From: Octopus sinensis | Lineage: Eukaryota | Reading direction: 5' to 3' | Length of the DNA: 64,000 bases | Assembly (NCBI RefSeq): GCF_006345805.1 | Contig: NC_043000.1 | Span: 159,898,001-159,962,000 of the forward strand | Shown here: positions 23,580-36,288 of the stretch, piece by piece | How positions within the stretch are numbered: the first letter of the stretch is position 1 | How the letters are laid out: every line of letters begins with the position of its first letter | Notes under the pieces: model-generated | The model's input: the letters and a program-made list of their open reading frames with translations, nothing else | Database searches by the model: none | Told to the model about the DNA's origin: nothing | Made by a program: the position numbers and the translations under genes

Positions 23580-26491
23580 ACTCAATGCACAAGGTGTCAG
23601 CCCTTCCATCAATGCAAAAATGGAAGGTCCAATTCATTGAAGACTGGGTTGGTAACCATTCACACCACATCCCTTTCTTCATTCTCACTGAGACCCACCT
23701 TGACAACTCCCACTTGGAAGCCGAAGTGAGAGTGAAGAATTTCACAACCATCCGCGCGGATCGTATCGGCAGGAGGAAGGGTGGAACTGCCATTTTCCTG
23801 CATGATTCATTACGGCAGATGGAAATAGTATATTCTCCAATGGCTACTGTGAATCAGTCACCGTGCACAACAAAGCCAATGACCTGACAGTAATTGGGCT
23901 CTATAGGCCGCCCCAAACACCCATACTGTGCTTTAAAGAATGCCTCAACAGCATTAAGTGCTTTATTTAACAGTGCCATTCTAGCAACATACTCATGATG
24001 GGAGACTTCAATCTACCCTGTGTGACTGGACTACAAACTGTTTGAAACCAGCACTCCCGCCTCAACCGCTGACAAAGAAGCAGCAGAGTCACTTTTCGAC
24101 TTTACGAATGAGTTTTTCTTGTCCCAACTTGTCCTTGCACAATAAGACATCAGAACATTTTGGACCTAGTGTTTAGTAACCACACTAACACTATACATAA
24201 CGTTACAGTGGAAAAAACCCTTCTTTCAGACCATGACATGGTTCTCTGTAACATGAAATTCCACCAGCCGAAAGCTAATCCTAGTGACCTTCCTCCAGCC
24301 CACCCATTTGACAACATGGATCTCCATAAGCCAACTGGGATGCAATCAGGAACGAGCTATCAAATGTTGACTGGTCCTTTACACATACACACATCTCCAC
24401 CAACCATAAAACATCTTGGCAGATCTTTGTAGACACCGTCACAGACATATGTGCAAAACACTCCCCACCAAGACCTGTGAACAAAAAGTGCAGAATCCCC
24501 CAAAACAGAAAAACCATTATCAGAAAAATAAAAGAACAAACAAAAAAATTAACAAACTAAAGTACTGCCAACAGCAACACACACATTCGACGGCTATCGC
24601 ACTGCTTGAATCCAAAAAATATAACCTCCAACAATGCATGAAGACCCTCATCAATAACCAAAGATCAGCTGAGGAGAAGTGGGCCATTGAAAAAATCAAA
24701 CTCAACCCCAAAGTGTTCTTTTCATTTGCGAGGAAACGCAGGGTCACTGTCTCCACTGTAGGCCCTCTAATTGACGAAACTGGCACTCTCCAAGATAATG
24801 CCAAATCCATGGCCGAGATACTGCAGAAACAATATGCTCTGTTTTCAGCAATCCTGATATGGCCGATCTGGGCTGTATCAGTGATGTCAACCCCCAACAC
24901 ACTATATCGGACATAACGTTTAGTGCCCCTGATGTCTTAGCGGCGATAAACGAAATAAAACACAATTCAGCAGTAGGCCCCGATAGGTTCCCTGCTTGTG
25001 TCCTGAAGGTGTGTCGACACCAACTTGCATCTCCCCTTGCTAATCTGTGGAGAAACTCACTGGATGCTGGCTATATTCCAAAAAACCTTCTGTCCCAGTC
25101 TGTTGTCCCAGTTTTCAAAAAGGGAAACAAGTCCCTTGCAGTGAATTACCGTCCGATCTCACTCACCTCTCATATCATCAAGGTATTTGAGAGGGTGGTG
25201 AGATCTCGAATAACCCAATTTCTGGAAGCAACAGACGGCTGATCTCCAACCAACATGGGTTCCGTAATGGAAGGGACTGCCTAACGCAGCTCCTGCATCA
25301 CTTTGAGGACATTTTGAGAGCTTTGGGAGAGGGCTCCAACACCGATGTCATCTACCTTGATTTCAGTAAGGCCTTCGACAGGGTCGATCACAAGATCCTA
25401 TTGAGAAAAACTATCCAACATGGTGTCTCTGGAAAGTTACTGAAATGGATCAAGTGTTTCCTGACAGACAGATCTCAACATGTTGTAGTTGAAGGGGTAA
25501 AATCAAGCCAGCCAAAGTCAGTAGTGGCGTTCCGCAAGGCACTGTGCTGGGCCCACTTCTTTTCATCATTTACATTAATGACATTAATGACATCATCAAG
25601 CACAGCAACATAAAAATCTTTGCAGATGACTCCAAGCTACAGAAGGTCATAAATGAGGCGAGTGACCGGACATGTCTTCAGTCAGATCTACTGGCAGTTA
25701 TCCAATGGGCAGAAAAAAACAATATGCTGCTGAACGAGGATAAATTTGAGCTAATCCACTTTGGAAAAGAGGATGCCCTGAAACTCCCATACTCCCTTCC
25801 TTCAGGTGAAAATCTCGCGGCGTCCAACAACATCAGAGACTTGGGAGTAATTGTGGACAACAACGTAAGCTGGGCCACTCATATAAACACCAAAGTTGAC
25901 ATGGCCCGCAGAATGTGTTCCTGGATTCTCAGAACTTTCCAGTCGAGAGATATCCACACCATTATCCTTCTCTTCTCCACTTTTGCCCGACCCCACCTTG
26001 AATACTGTTGTCCACTGTGGTCTCCCCACACAATACAAGGTATCATAAAAGTTGAAGCACCTCAAAGGGCAATCACAAAAAAGATAGATGGCATGACAGG
26101 CCTCGACTATTGGGGTCGGCTAGAAAAGCTAAAACTCTATTCTCTCCAACGTCGTCGTGAGCGCTACATCATCTGCATGATGTGGAAAATATTCCATCAG
26201 CATTGCCCAAATGATGTTGGCATCACCTTTAAGGTACATCCAAGGCTTGGGCCCCGTGCCATCCGCCCAAAACAAAAATCGCACTCTCATCTCATAACAA
26301 CAATACGGCACAATTATTTCACCTCAATTGGCCCCGCTCTCTTTAACATTACACCAAAACACATTAAAACAGAAACTGACCCTATAGGGTTCAAGAAGTC
26401 TTTGGACAGATTCCTTCAAGAAATCCCGGATAAACCCCCTACACTCGGATATGTCTCTGTAAACAATAACTCTTACTTGAGTGGGCCATAG
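23580..26491 (+). pseudogene. LINE family 2 ORF2 (APE + RT), frameshifted
   Basis: LTETHL, RADRIGRRKGGTAIF, YRPP, GDFNLP, LDLVF, SDHD, NYRPISLTS, YLDFSKAFDRVDH, LGPLLFIIYIND, FADDSK, LEYCCPLWSP, RRRERY, PDKPPT. Confidence 0.92.
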
Positions 26492-26677
26492 TGCCCAATT
26501 CTGACTTGAAAGACTTCACCAGGTGGTGCTATTAAGTTAGACATGGCCTGGGCTAATAATGGCCGAAACCTATCAAAGTATCAAAGTATCAAAGTATATA
26601 TATGTATATATGTATATGTATATATACATGTATATGTATGTATATATATATGTATACGTATATATATATATGTATAT

Positions 26678-29180
26678 ATACTTTGATACTTTCATACTTT
26701 GATAGATTTCGGCCATTATTGGCCCAGGCCATGTCTAACTTAATAGCACCACCTGGTGAAGTCTTTCAAGTCAGAATTTGGGCACTATGGCCCACTCAAG
26801 TAGAGAGTTATTGTTTACAGAGACATATCCGGGTGTAGGGGGTTTATCCGGGATTTCTTGAAGGAATCTGTCCAAAGACTTCTTGAACCCTATAGGGTCA
26901 GTTTCTGTTTTAATGTGTTTTGGTGTAATGTTAAAGAGAGCGGGGCCAATTGAGGTGAAATAATTGTACCGCATTGTTGTTATGAGATGAGAGTGCGATT
27001 TTTGTTTTGGGCGGATGGCACGGGGCCCAAGCCTTGGTGTACCTTAAAGGTGATGCCAACATCATTTGGGCAATGCTGACGGAATATTTTCCACATCATG
27101 CAGATGATGTAGCGCTCACGACGACGTTGGAGAGAATAGAGTTTTAGCTTTTCTAGTCGACCCCAATAGTCGAGGCCTGTCATGCCATCTATTTTTTTGT
27201 GATTGCCCTTTGAGGTGCTTCAACTTTTATGATACCTTGTATTGTGTGGGGGGAGACCACAGTGGACAACAGTATTCAAGGTGGGGTCGGGCAAAAGTGG
27301 AGAAGAGAAGGATAATGGTGTGGATATCTCTCGACTGGAAAGTTCTGAGAATCCAGGAACACATTCTGCGGGCCATGTCAACTTTGGTGTTTATATGAGT
27401 GGCCCAGCTTATGTTGTTGTCCACAATTACTCCCAAGTCTCTGATGTTGTTAGACGCCGCGAGAGTTTCATCAGAAGGAAGGGAGTATGGGAGTTTCAGG
27501 GCATCCTCTTTTCCAAAGTGGATTAACTCAAATTTATCCTCGTTCAGCAGCATATTGTTTTTTTCTGCCCATTGGATAACAGCCAGTAGATCTGACGGAA
27601 GGCATGTCCGGTCACTCGCCTCATTTATGACCTTCTGTAGCTTGGAATCATCTGCAAAGATTTTTATGTTGCTGTGCTTGATGATGTCATTAATGTCATT
27701 AATGTAAATGATGAAAAGAAGTGGGCCCAGCACAGTGCCTTGCGGAACGCCACTACTGACTTTGGCTGGGCTTGATTTTACCCCTTCAACTACAACATGT
27801 TGAGATCTGTCTGTCAGGAAACACTTGATCCATTTCAGTAACTTTCCAGAGACACCAATGTTGGATAGTTTTTCTCAATAGGATCTTGTGATCGACCCTG
27901 TCGAAGGCCTTACTGAAATCAAGGTAGATGACATCGGTGTTGGAGCCCTCTCCCAAAGCTCTCAAAATGTCCTCAAAGTGATGCAGGAGCTGCGTTAGGC
28001 AGTCCCTTCCATTACGGAACCCATGTTGGTTGGAGATCAGCCGTCTGTTGCTTTCCAGAAATTGGGTTATTCGAGATCTCACCACCCTCTCAAATACCTT
28101 GATGATATGAGAGGTGAGTGAGATCGGACGGTAGTTCACTGCAAGGGACTTGTTTCCCTTTTTGAAAACTGGGACAACAGACTGGGACAGAAGGTTTTTT
28201 GGAATATAGCCAGCATCCAGTGAGTTTCTCCACAGATTAGCAAGGGGAGATGCAAGTCGGTGTCGACACACCTTCAGGACACAAGCAGGGAACCTATCGG
28301 GACCTACTGCTGAATTGTGTTTTATTTCGTTTATCGCCGCTAAGACATCAGGGGCACTAAACGTTATGTCCGATATAGTGTGTTGGGGGTTGACATCACT
28401 GATACATCCCAGATCGGCCATATCAGGATTGCTGAAAACAGAACAGTATTGTTTCTGCAGTATCTCGGCCATGGATTTGGCGTTATCTTGGAGAGTGCCA
28501 GTTTCATCAATTAGAGGGCCAACAATGGAGACAGTGACCCTGCGTTTCCTCGCAAATGAAAAGAACACTTTGGGGTTGAGTTTGATTTTTTCAATGGCCC
28601 ACTTCTCCTCAGCTGATCTTTGGTTATTGATGAGGGTCTTCATGCATTGTTGGAGGTTATATTTTTGGATTCAAGCAGTGCGATAGCCGTCGAATGTGTG
28701 TGTTGCTGTTGGCAGTACTTTAGTTTGTTAATTTTTTTGTTTGTTCTTTTTATTTTTCTGATAATGGTTTTTCTGTTTTGGGGGATTCTGCACTTTTTGT
28801 TCACAAGTCTTGGTGGGGAGTGTTTTGCACATATGTCTGTGACGGTGTCTACAAAGATCTGCCAAGATGTTTTATGGTTGGTGGAGATGTGTGTATGTGT
28901 AAAGGACCAGTCAACATGTGATAGCTCGTTCCTGATTGCACCCCAGTTGGCATTATGGGGATCCATGTTATCAAATGGGTGGGCTGGAGGGAGGTCACTA
29001 GGATTAGCTTTCGGCTGGTGGAATTTCATGTTACAGAGAACCATGTCATGGTCTGAAAGAAGGGTTTTTTCCACTGTAACGTTATGTATAGTGTTAGTGT
29101 GGTTACAAAACACTAGGTCCAAAATGTTCTGATGTCTTGTTGGTGCAAGGACAAGTTGGGACAAGAAAAACTCATTCGTA
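26678..29180 (-). mobile_element. 5'-truncated second copy of LINE family 2, tail-to-tail with the first
   Basis: Reverse complement of 24103-26596 with scattered substitutions (e.g. RHQL/RHRL, VSTVG/VSIVG, SGENL/SDETL). TA arrays at both ends. Confidence 0.95.
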
Positions 29181-29337
29181 TATGAATATATATATATATA
29201 TATGTGCATGTATATATATGTATGCGTGTATATATATGTATATGAATATATATATATATATATATGTGTGCATGTATATATATATATGTATAAGGATACA
29301 TATATATGTATATGTATGTATATGTATATATATATAC

Positions 29338-29407
<70 letters not shown>

Positions 29408-29411
29408 GAGT

Positions 29412-29745
29412 TTGTATGACTATATATTAATCGAAGAGACTCCAGATTAGTCTGATTTTCAAATTTTACTATTTGCAATATTTACAATTTTTTCAATAAG
29501 GAAATATATTAGTACTTCCATGCATCACACAATCACGAGTTTTATGCAGTGACAGTCGTGCTTCGCAATTGGGGAACTATGTCAATTGTGAAAGATTACA
29601 GTCACTACATAAACCCGTTGATTGTTTAATGCATGGAAGTACAAGTTTATTTCAATATTGTGAAATTGTAAAATCGTAAAAATTGCAAATAAAATAAAAA
29701 ATCAGGCTAAGTTGGAATTTCTTTGATTAATATACATAACGTAAA
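29412..29745. mobile_element. Foldback/MITE-like element with ~140 bp diverged inverted arms
   Basis: TTAATCGAAGAGACTCCAGATTAGTCTGATTTT...GTACTTCCATGCAT..CAATCA..TTTATGCAGTGAC aligns with the reverse complement of 29600-29745. Confidence 0.65.
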
Positions 29746-30350
29746 GAAATAGGGATTAGAAACCTGGAAAGATACCGTGTTTGTACTATGCAATTATCCA
29801 GTTTCTGCCTAACCATGTGTAGGAAACACATAAACTTACTTAAGATAGACAATCCGATGTCACTCTATAAGTGTCTATCCATCACCCTCTATTGCTATAT
29901 CTATCCATATCTCTGTAACTATATATCTATATCTATCTTATTTGTCTAACTACCAAGCTCTCTCTCTCCCTCTCTCTATATCTCACTCGCTCTCTATTGT
30001 TTTCATTTTCATTTTTCAGATGTTATTGTTTTCACTTTAAGTTCAATCGCTATTGTTTTCATTGTAAGTTTCCAATCGCTGTTTACAAACAACAACGACA
30101 AATTACTGACAGAAAGAAGATCACAATTACTGATGAAGGTAATTTCATATATATTTTACTGACAGAAGTAACTCCATAAATTTCACTTCAATCTTTACAC
30201 TTCGTTAAATTTGCTTACAAATTTCTTACTTACTTTTGAAACGTATTGTGCTTTTTTTTTATTTGACGGAAATACTGATAAATTTAAATTCATAATTTAC
30301 TAATAGAAGTACCTTGAAAAATTTCACTTAAATCCGTACACTTATAGGCG

Positions 30351-30958
30351 TATGAGTGGCTGTGTGGTAAGTAGCTTACTTACCAGTCACATGGCTCCGG
30401 GTTCAGCCCCACTGTGTGGCACCTTGGGCAAGTGTCTTCTACTATAGCTTTGGTCCAACCAAAGCCTTGTGAGTTGATTTGGTAGACGGAATCTCAAAAA
30501 AGCCCGTCCTATATATATATATATAGTAGAAGACACTTGCCCAAGGTGCCACACAGTGGGGCTGAACCCGGAGCCATGTGACTGGTAAGTAAGCTACTTA
30601 CCACACAGCCACTCATATTGACCCTAGGACTTATTCTTTGTAAACCTCATACTTGATTTATATCGGTCTTTTGCTGAACCGCTAAGTTAGAGAACATGAA
30701 CACATCAACATCGGTTGTCATGTGATGATGCGGGGACAAACACAGACATAGACACACACACATACACACACACACACATGTCCCCGCATCATCACATGAC
30801 AACCGATGTTGATGTGTTCATGTTCTCAGCAAAAGACCGATATAAATCAAGTATGAGGTTTACAAAGAATAAGTCCTAGGGTTAATTTGTTCGACTAAAG
30901 CCGGTGCTCCAGCATGGCCACACTCAAATGTCTGAACAAGTAAAAGGAAAGTAAAAGG
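30351..30958 (+). mobile_element. SINE family A copy with internal inverted duplications (head, head', tail', tail)
   Basis: 30522-30617 is the reverse complement of 30351-30446. 30619-30745 is largely the reverse complement of ~30779-30895. Confidence 0.85.
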
Positions 30959-31282
30959 AAAAAATCTTAGTGAATTTCCCTAAAAAAATTTTATTCACTT
31001 CTGAAACAGTTTAGTGTTTTTATTTTGTTAACGGCAATTTTTTGGGTTCCTCTGATACTGAGTCTTTGGTTCAATGACAACTTTCACTTCAACCCGTACA
31101 CTTCTGTATTCTCCGTAAAAATTTCTTATTTACTTTCTGCCCGTTGTATTAGAAAGTATAATTTCTGTTACTCAGTTATTTTCATTCTTTACTATATTTT
31201 GCACACATGTATTTCAGTATACGTATATAATCATGCCTAGAAGAAAAGTGTCAAATTTGTCTATAATGTCAAGGTCAGTCAA

Positions 31283-31560
31283 ATGAATGTCTTTGTCCAG
31301 GGAAAGAGAGACAGCTTTAGAAAGGGAAGCAAACCAAGAAACGAACAGACTGTGCACTACAAAACCAGAGCATCTAAAAGTGATGAACAGATGTATGCAC
31401 GGCTGACAATGAATAGGATCTCCATTGCAGAACGAAGAGCAGTTGCAACAGTTAAGAGAAGCAACTCCTATGAAGCAGCTTTCAATTATGATCCAGCAGT
31501 TCATTATACAGATGACACTACATTTATATACTCCTCCGATACTGTGCTCTCTAAACATTC
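31283..31560 (+). pseudogene. Helitron Rep/Hel N-terminal-like remnant
   Basis: RASKSDEQMYARLTMNRISIAERRA...YEAAFNYDPAVHY resembles the 'ExxEQRxxRL...AFNYDP' segment found upstream of Helitron Rep domains. Recognised by motif only. Confidence 0.45.
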
Positions 31561-33162
31561 TAACTGAATCTTCCATGCGTCAACATGTACATCCTTACGA
31601 CAATGTAACATTTAATTTAATCTAGATATCCTTTCCCTGAGGAGTAGCCGGCGGTATATACTGCGCTTGGATTGTTACCACTTCTGAGGCTCCACCCGCT
31701 ATGAAACATTTGTAGCCCGGATAGAGAAGGGATATGACAGAATAATGTTTATTTCATTCATTTACAACTGTTTCATAATCTTGTTGGTTATATAATACTT
31801 ATTACATCAACATCCATATGCATGTAAAATATACAAATAACTATATATATGCGTATTTATGGGTGTACACCCGTACATACAAGAGTACTGGGACGAAAAC
31901 TAATAGGCTAATCTTCAGGATGATTCATGGTTGCCGAAAGATTGAACTCTACTACAGAGAAGAAGCTGATAATGTATACTCCACAAATAAAAGACGTACT
32001 CAGCATGCAGCTATTTGTGATTTGATTTCAGGGATCAATGGCTGAATACAAATTCAAAGAAAGAAGCAATAGATGAATACACCAATGTAAATGTCTTTGC
32101 ATCTAAAATAAAAAAAAGTAGATAATAAATAGGGTTGTAAATGAAATACGCTTCCAAGGGAAATATAATTACACACGTGTATGTATACATGTATTAAAAA
32201 CACAAACATGCAAAAGAAATACACATTTGTGTATGTGTGAAGGTGCTAGGTCGTTCTTGATTTAGCCCTGTATGGCTATGTTTTTGAAAGAATGATTTCT
32301 AAGTAAGTATAGTTATGATTTTAAATACAATCTGAGAAAAGCTAAAGTGCACGGAGGTGTTTCTCAATTATACATATGATTTGAATTTCTTTTAAAAAAT
32401 CACTTTTTCACAAACATATTCATACTAGGCTAAATCAAAAACAATATCTGGAAATGTAATAGAAAAATTTTGACCACATCCTTACACTAATGAATAAAAA
32501 GAATGAAAAACAAGACCCTGAAATTTAATTACAATTCTTACTGGAAAATTTAAAACTTTGACTACTTTAATACAAAAATTCCATTTCTTCCCCACCCAAA
32601 AGTTCACCTAGTGGGAAAACACAACAACCGAACAAGTTTGAACAAACTGATAAAAAAACCACACCTCCTTTACCTCCCCCTCAAACGTTTTTTTACTTTC
32701 TTTTCTCTTCCTTCACAAATCCCCCAAACTCACTCCTACGTTCTTTTCTCTTCTCTACTCTATCTTCCACTCTCGCCTCCTCTTTCACACCTGCACCTTC
32801 CTTACTAATTCGTTCATCTCTCCCCCTCTTTCTCTCCCTACCTCTCTCTCTCACTCAATTTCTAAATCATTATCAGTTTCAACTTTATATAAAAAGACGA
32901 AGCCGACTGTTCTTATGTAAATCACTTTTTTGACAAATCTGAAAACGGAAAAAAGCGCTAAATGTAAATAAAAATATATATAATCATCCAAAATTCTGAC
33001 TACCTTGTCCTTTTCTACATACACACACACATGCACACACACATACACGCATATTTCAGGTTTTGTAATGAAAGGGATTGCTCTTTCCAGGGTTGTCTCA
33101 TATCCAAACGTTCCCCTCTTTATCCATATATCGGTGAATTTACTGGAATTTATTTCTCTCAC

Positions 33163-34722
33163 TTAGTTAGTTAGTTAGTTAGTTAATTTGGCTCAAAAGC
33201 AAATAGCAAGGCCATGTAGGGGGACATGGAGTTAAGTACAGGGTGGTGTTCATGTAAAGAGTTCAGGCCACTTGAGGTCCAGGGAGGCTTTGAACAAAGC
33301 GGTCGTCGGCATCTTCACCATCTCGTCTGGCAGCTTGTTCCACGGATCCGCAACCCGGACGGAGAAAGCTCCTCTCCTTCGATTGAGATGAAATCGTCGC
33401 AGGTAGAGCTTTTCGGAATGACCCCGCAGCCGACGCTCTGGAGCAGGAGTGAAGAACAGCTCTTTCGAGAGGTTACACTTTCCGCTTATGATGTTGTGGG
33501 CGAGAATGAGATCACCACGGCGACGGCGTTTTTCAAGAGAATAAAGGTCGAGCGTCCTCAGCCTTTCTTCGTAGGACAAATTTTTGAGACCATGAACCAT
33601 GCGGGTAGCCAGCTTCTGGACTCTTTCGAGATGCTGTATGTCTTTGAGGAGATAAGGAGAAGAGGCTTGAATCCCATACTCCAATATGGGTCTCACTAGC
33701 GTGACATAGAGTGGTAGGAATATGGCTGCTGTGAGCATTCCGAATGACCGTCGAATCAAGAACAGAATTCCGCGTGCTTTGTTGGCAGCATGGACGCACT
33801 GGGCCGAAGGCGAAAAGGAGGAATCCACCAAGATACCTAGTTCCTTTACCTGATCGGTCCTCTCCAGCAGCAGACGACCCGGCTCGAAATCAAGTTGAGT
33901 TGCAGGAGTAGAGCCGACAGGTAGATGACAGCACTTTGACACGTTCAGACACAGGTCCCAATTGTTAGACCACTTCCAAATTTGGTGGAGGCATCGACGA
34001 AGATCCTCTATATTATCGCGAGGAGCGACCAGTTTGATATCGTCGGCAAATAGAAGGGTGTGTTGCGTGAGGTCGTCGGGCAAGTCATTTATGAAGACTA
34101 AGAACAACAAAGGCCCAAGCACTGAACCTTGAGGCACGCCACTGCTCGCACTAGAGACGTCGGACCGCGAACCATTAACTTGGACTTGGAAGGAGCGATC
34201 TGAGAGGAAGACACCAACCCATCGTACAATATCCGGATGGAAACTATATGCTTGAAGCTTGACAAGCAATAGGCGGTGGTTTACCGAGTCAAAAGCTTTG
34301 GCAAAGTCCAGTAAAACGATGTCAACAGCATCACTATCATCGAGGATGCGCGTCACCAATTCTTCCATTACTAGTAGGTTGGTCAAGCATGATCTCTTCG
34401 GTACGAAGCCGTGTTGGGAATCAGAGATAGAGGCTGCGTTTAGGAGGTGGAGCATCATACTTTTCTTAAGGATGGTTTCGAACATCTTGCTGATAATTGA
34501 TGTAAGGGAAACCGGTCGGTAGTTAAGCGGGTCTTCGCGGCTCCCTTTCTTGAAAATTGGGCAGATTATCGCTGTTCTCCAGTCTGCAGGTATAACACCC
34601 GTCGCCAATGACATATTGAATAGTCGTGTTAAGGGCTCGCAGATGACCGGAGCCAACGCTTTGATAACCCGTGGGTGTATGCCGTCAGGGCCGTGACCTT
34701 TGTTGACATCGAGGCCTTGAAT
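33163..34722 (-). mobile_element. 5'-truncated CR1-clade LINE, family 3, with (TAAC)n tail
   Basis: Uninterrupted RT-to-C-terminus frame, a ~70 bp 3'UTR and a tetranucleotide tail at 33163-33184. Clearly more GC-rich than its flanks. Confidence 0.92.
33250..34722 (-). CDS. CR1 ORF2 C-terminal part (RT + thumb), open frame but lacks the native start and endonuclease
   Basis: GPDGIHP, NYRPVSLTS, QHGFVPKRSC, LDFAKAFDSVNH, GVPQGSVLGP, FADDIK, LERVQKLATR, YSLEKRRRRGDL, RLRGHSEKL, FSVRVADPWNKLP. Confidence 0.88.
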   Translation of the reverse strand: MQGLDVNKGHGPDGIHPRVIKALAPVICEPLTRLFNMSLATGVIPADWRTAIICPIFKKGSREDPLNYRPVSLTSIISKMFETILKKSMMLHLLNAASISDSQHGFVPKRSCLTNLLVMEELVTRILDDSDAVDIVLLDFAKAFDSVNHRLLLVKLQAYSFHPDIVRWVGVFLSDRSFQVQVNGSRSDVSSASSGVPQGSVLGPLLFLVFINDLPDDLTQHTLLFADDIKLVAPRDNIEDLRRCLHQIWKWSNNWDLCLNVSKCCHLPVGSTPATQLDFEPGRLLLERTDQVKELGILVDSSFSPSAQCVHAANKARGILFLIRRSFGMLTAAIFLPLYVTLVRPILEYGIQASSPYLLKDIQHLERVQKLATRMVHGLKNLSYEERLRTLDLYSLEKRRRRGDLILAHNIISGKCNLSKELFFTPAPERRLRGHSEKLYLRRFHLNRRRGAFSVRVADPWNKLPDEMVKMPTTALFKASLDLKWPELFT

Positions 34723-34929
34723 AATGGTAGCAACGAGCATAATATAAGTAACAATATAGACATTAATACAAATAAGAAATGGAACGAGCAAGGAGAAGCG
34801 CCACTAGTTAAGACCCAAAACAGAAGAAATTAACAATGAAACGGGGAAAATAGGCAGAACATCCTTAAAAAGGAAACAATGGAAGGTGTTGAAAATAAAC
34901 AGTCTGATTGCAAACATTTTAAACCGATG

Positions 34930-35270
34930 TTCATTAAGACACTTTTGTAAAGAAAATGGTCTAATATATGGATGTAAGATAATATCTAAGGGAAAGAATT
35001 ACTACTATATAGGCGCTACTGAAAACTATATAAAGAGCACGATAGCCAATCATGACAGCACCGTTAGAGACACGAAAATTAGCTAATATTAGCCTTAGTA
35101 GATTAATTTGGGGGATACAAGAAAAATATAAGGACTATAAGTTGAAGTGAGAAACAATTACCAGATCAAAACTCTAATAGCAGTGGGGACAAGATTTATG
35201 ATTGATTGCGTGGAGGAAATTTTCCAGATCATCACATCCAAGCAGAAATAAATCAACAATAAGAGAGAAT
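34930..35270 (+). pseudogene. Degenerate GIY-YIG endonuclease of a second PLE lineage
   Basis: LIYGCKI...YYYIGATEN.IK...NH...SLSRLIWG...CVEE follows the PLE EN pattern IY..YIG.T...H..T.LS..IW. Confidence 0.55.
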
Positions 35271-35700
35271 GAGGATTTTGTTGCCTGCACATAATTAGAT
35301 ACACGTTTAATAAGTATAATTAAAATAAAATAATAGTAAATTAAATATACCTTATTCAAATATATTTCAAATAACAATAATTAATATAATTGAAGACACA
35401 TGATATGAAGAAACCAATATCTAGACTGAATGATTTAAAAATAATAATCTCATTAGAAGAATACAAATTATAATCCGTACTATCAGCTGACATACCTGAA
35501 TAAGCAAATTAATAATTGTATTAAGTAATTATAGGGTAGAGAGATCAAATTCATAACAGAAATATATATGTATGTATATATATATATATCTATATATGTA
35601 TGTATGGATATGTATGGATATAAAAACAATATGTGAGATTAAGTGTGTATGTAAATGTGCATTTAATAATTTTAATAAATTATATGAGTATATGAGCAAA

Positions 35701-36288
35701 CGGATCTCTGTGATTTTCGTCACTGTTTACAGTTTTGTCCCAGTTGTTGTCAAATTTGGCATATATACAAATTTAGAAAATGAAATTCATTTTTCCTATA
35801 AATCCACAATTAAAAAGTTATTAACCTTTAACATTTTGCAAAAGTTGGGTAGTTTAGCCAATCAGAAGCGAGTATTTTACATATCACCTTGGCAAAAATT
35901 TCTATTTCCATAGTAACTAAAGCAAAGAAGCACCACATTTTGCAGGGCTGAGTGCGAAGAACTGTTTTCACAGTAAACAAAAATGCTACGCATGTTTACA
36001 AGGAGAAGAAGGACATCCGACAAAGATAATTTATTTTATAAAATCCTAGTTTAATATTTCAACATGTCGATGTACCTCGCCTCCCAGCTGATGATGGAAG
36101 GGGCAACGAACGTGCTGTTTTCTGATTGGCTGAAAATTCTGAAAATTATCAAAATTTGAGTATCTGTAACATTTTTGCAAATTTTCCTAGAATATATGAG
36201 TAACAAATTCGGATTCAGCGTCAAAAATTACCTCAATATGGAACATTAAAAATTTTTTTAAACATAATTGCAAAACCACAAAGATCCC
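35701..36288. mobile_element. MITE-like element with (G)GGATCT-terminated TIRs
   Basis: Left CGGATCTCTGTGATTTT, right AAAACCACAAAGATCCC. Internal inverted AGCCAATCAGAA / TTCTGATTGGCT. Confidence 0.5.

Larger units (their letters stand above)
21965..26596 (+). mobile_element. Apparently full-length CR1-group LINE, family 2, with (ATCAAAGT)3 tail
   Basis: ORF1 and APE-RT ORF2 across frameshifts. TA arrays flank both sides. The 5' edge is approximate. Confidence 0.92.

Noticed and set aside
24103-29180. LINE palindrome as a long-read fold-back artefact
   Set aside because: The arms carry multiple base substitutions, including amino-acid changes, not only indels. Not fully excluded without reads.
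9158-34522. Antisense or alternate-frame ORFs over LINE and PLE coding regions (e.g. 10718..11113, 11433..11888, 18470..18949, 33226..33699)
   Set aside because: Expected shadows of real coding frames, with no independent motifs.
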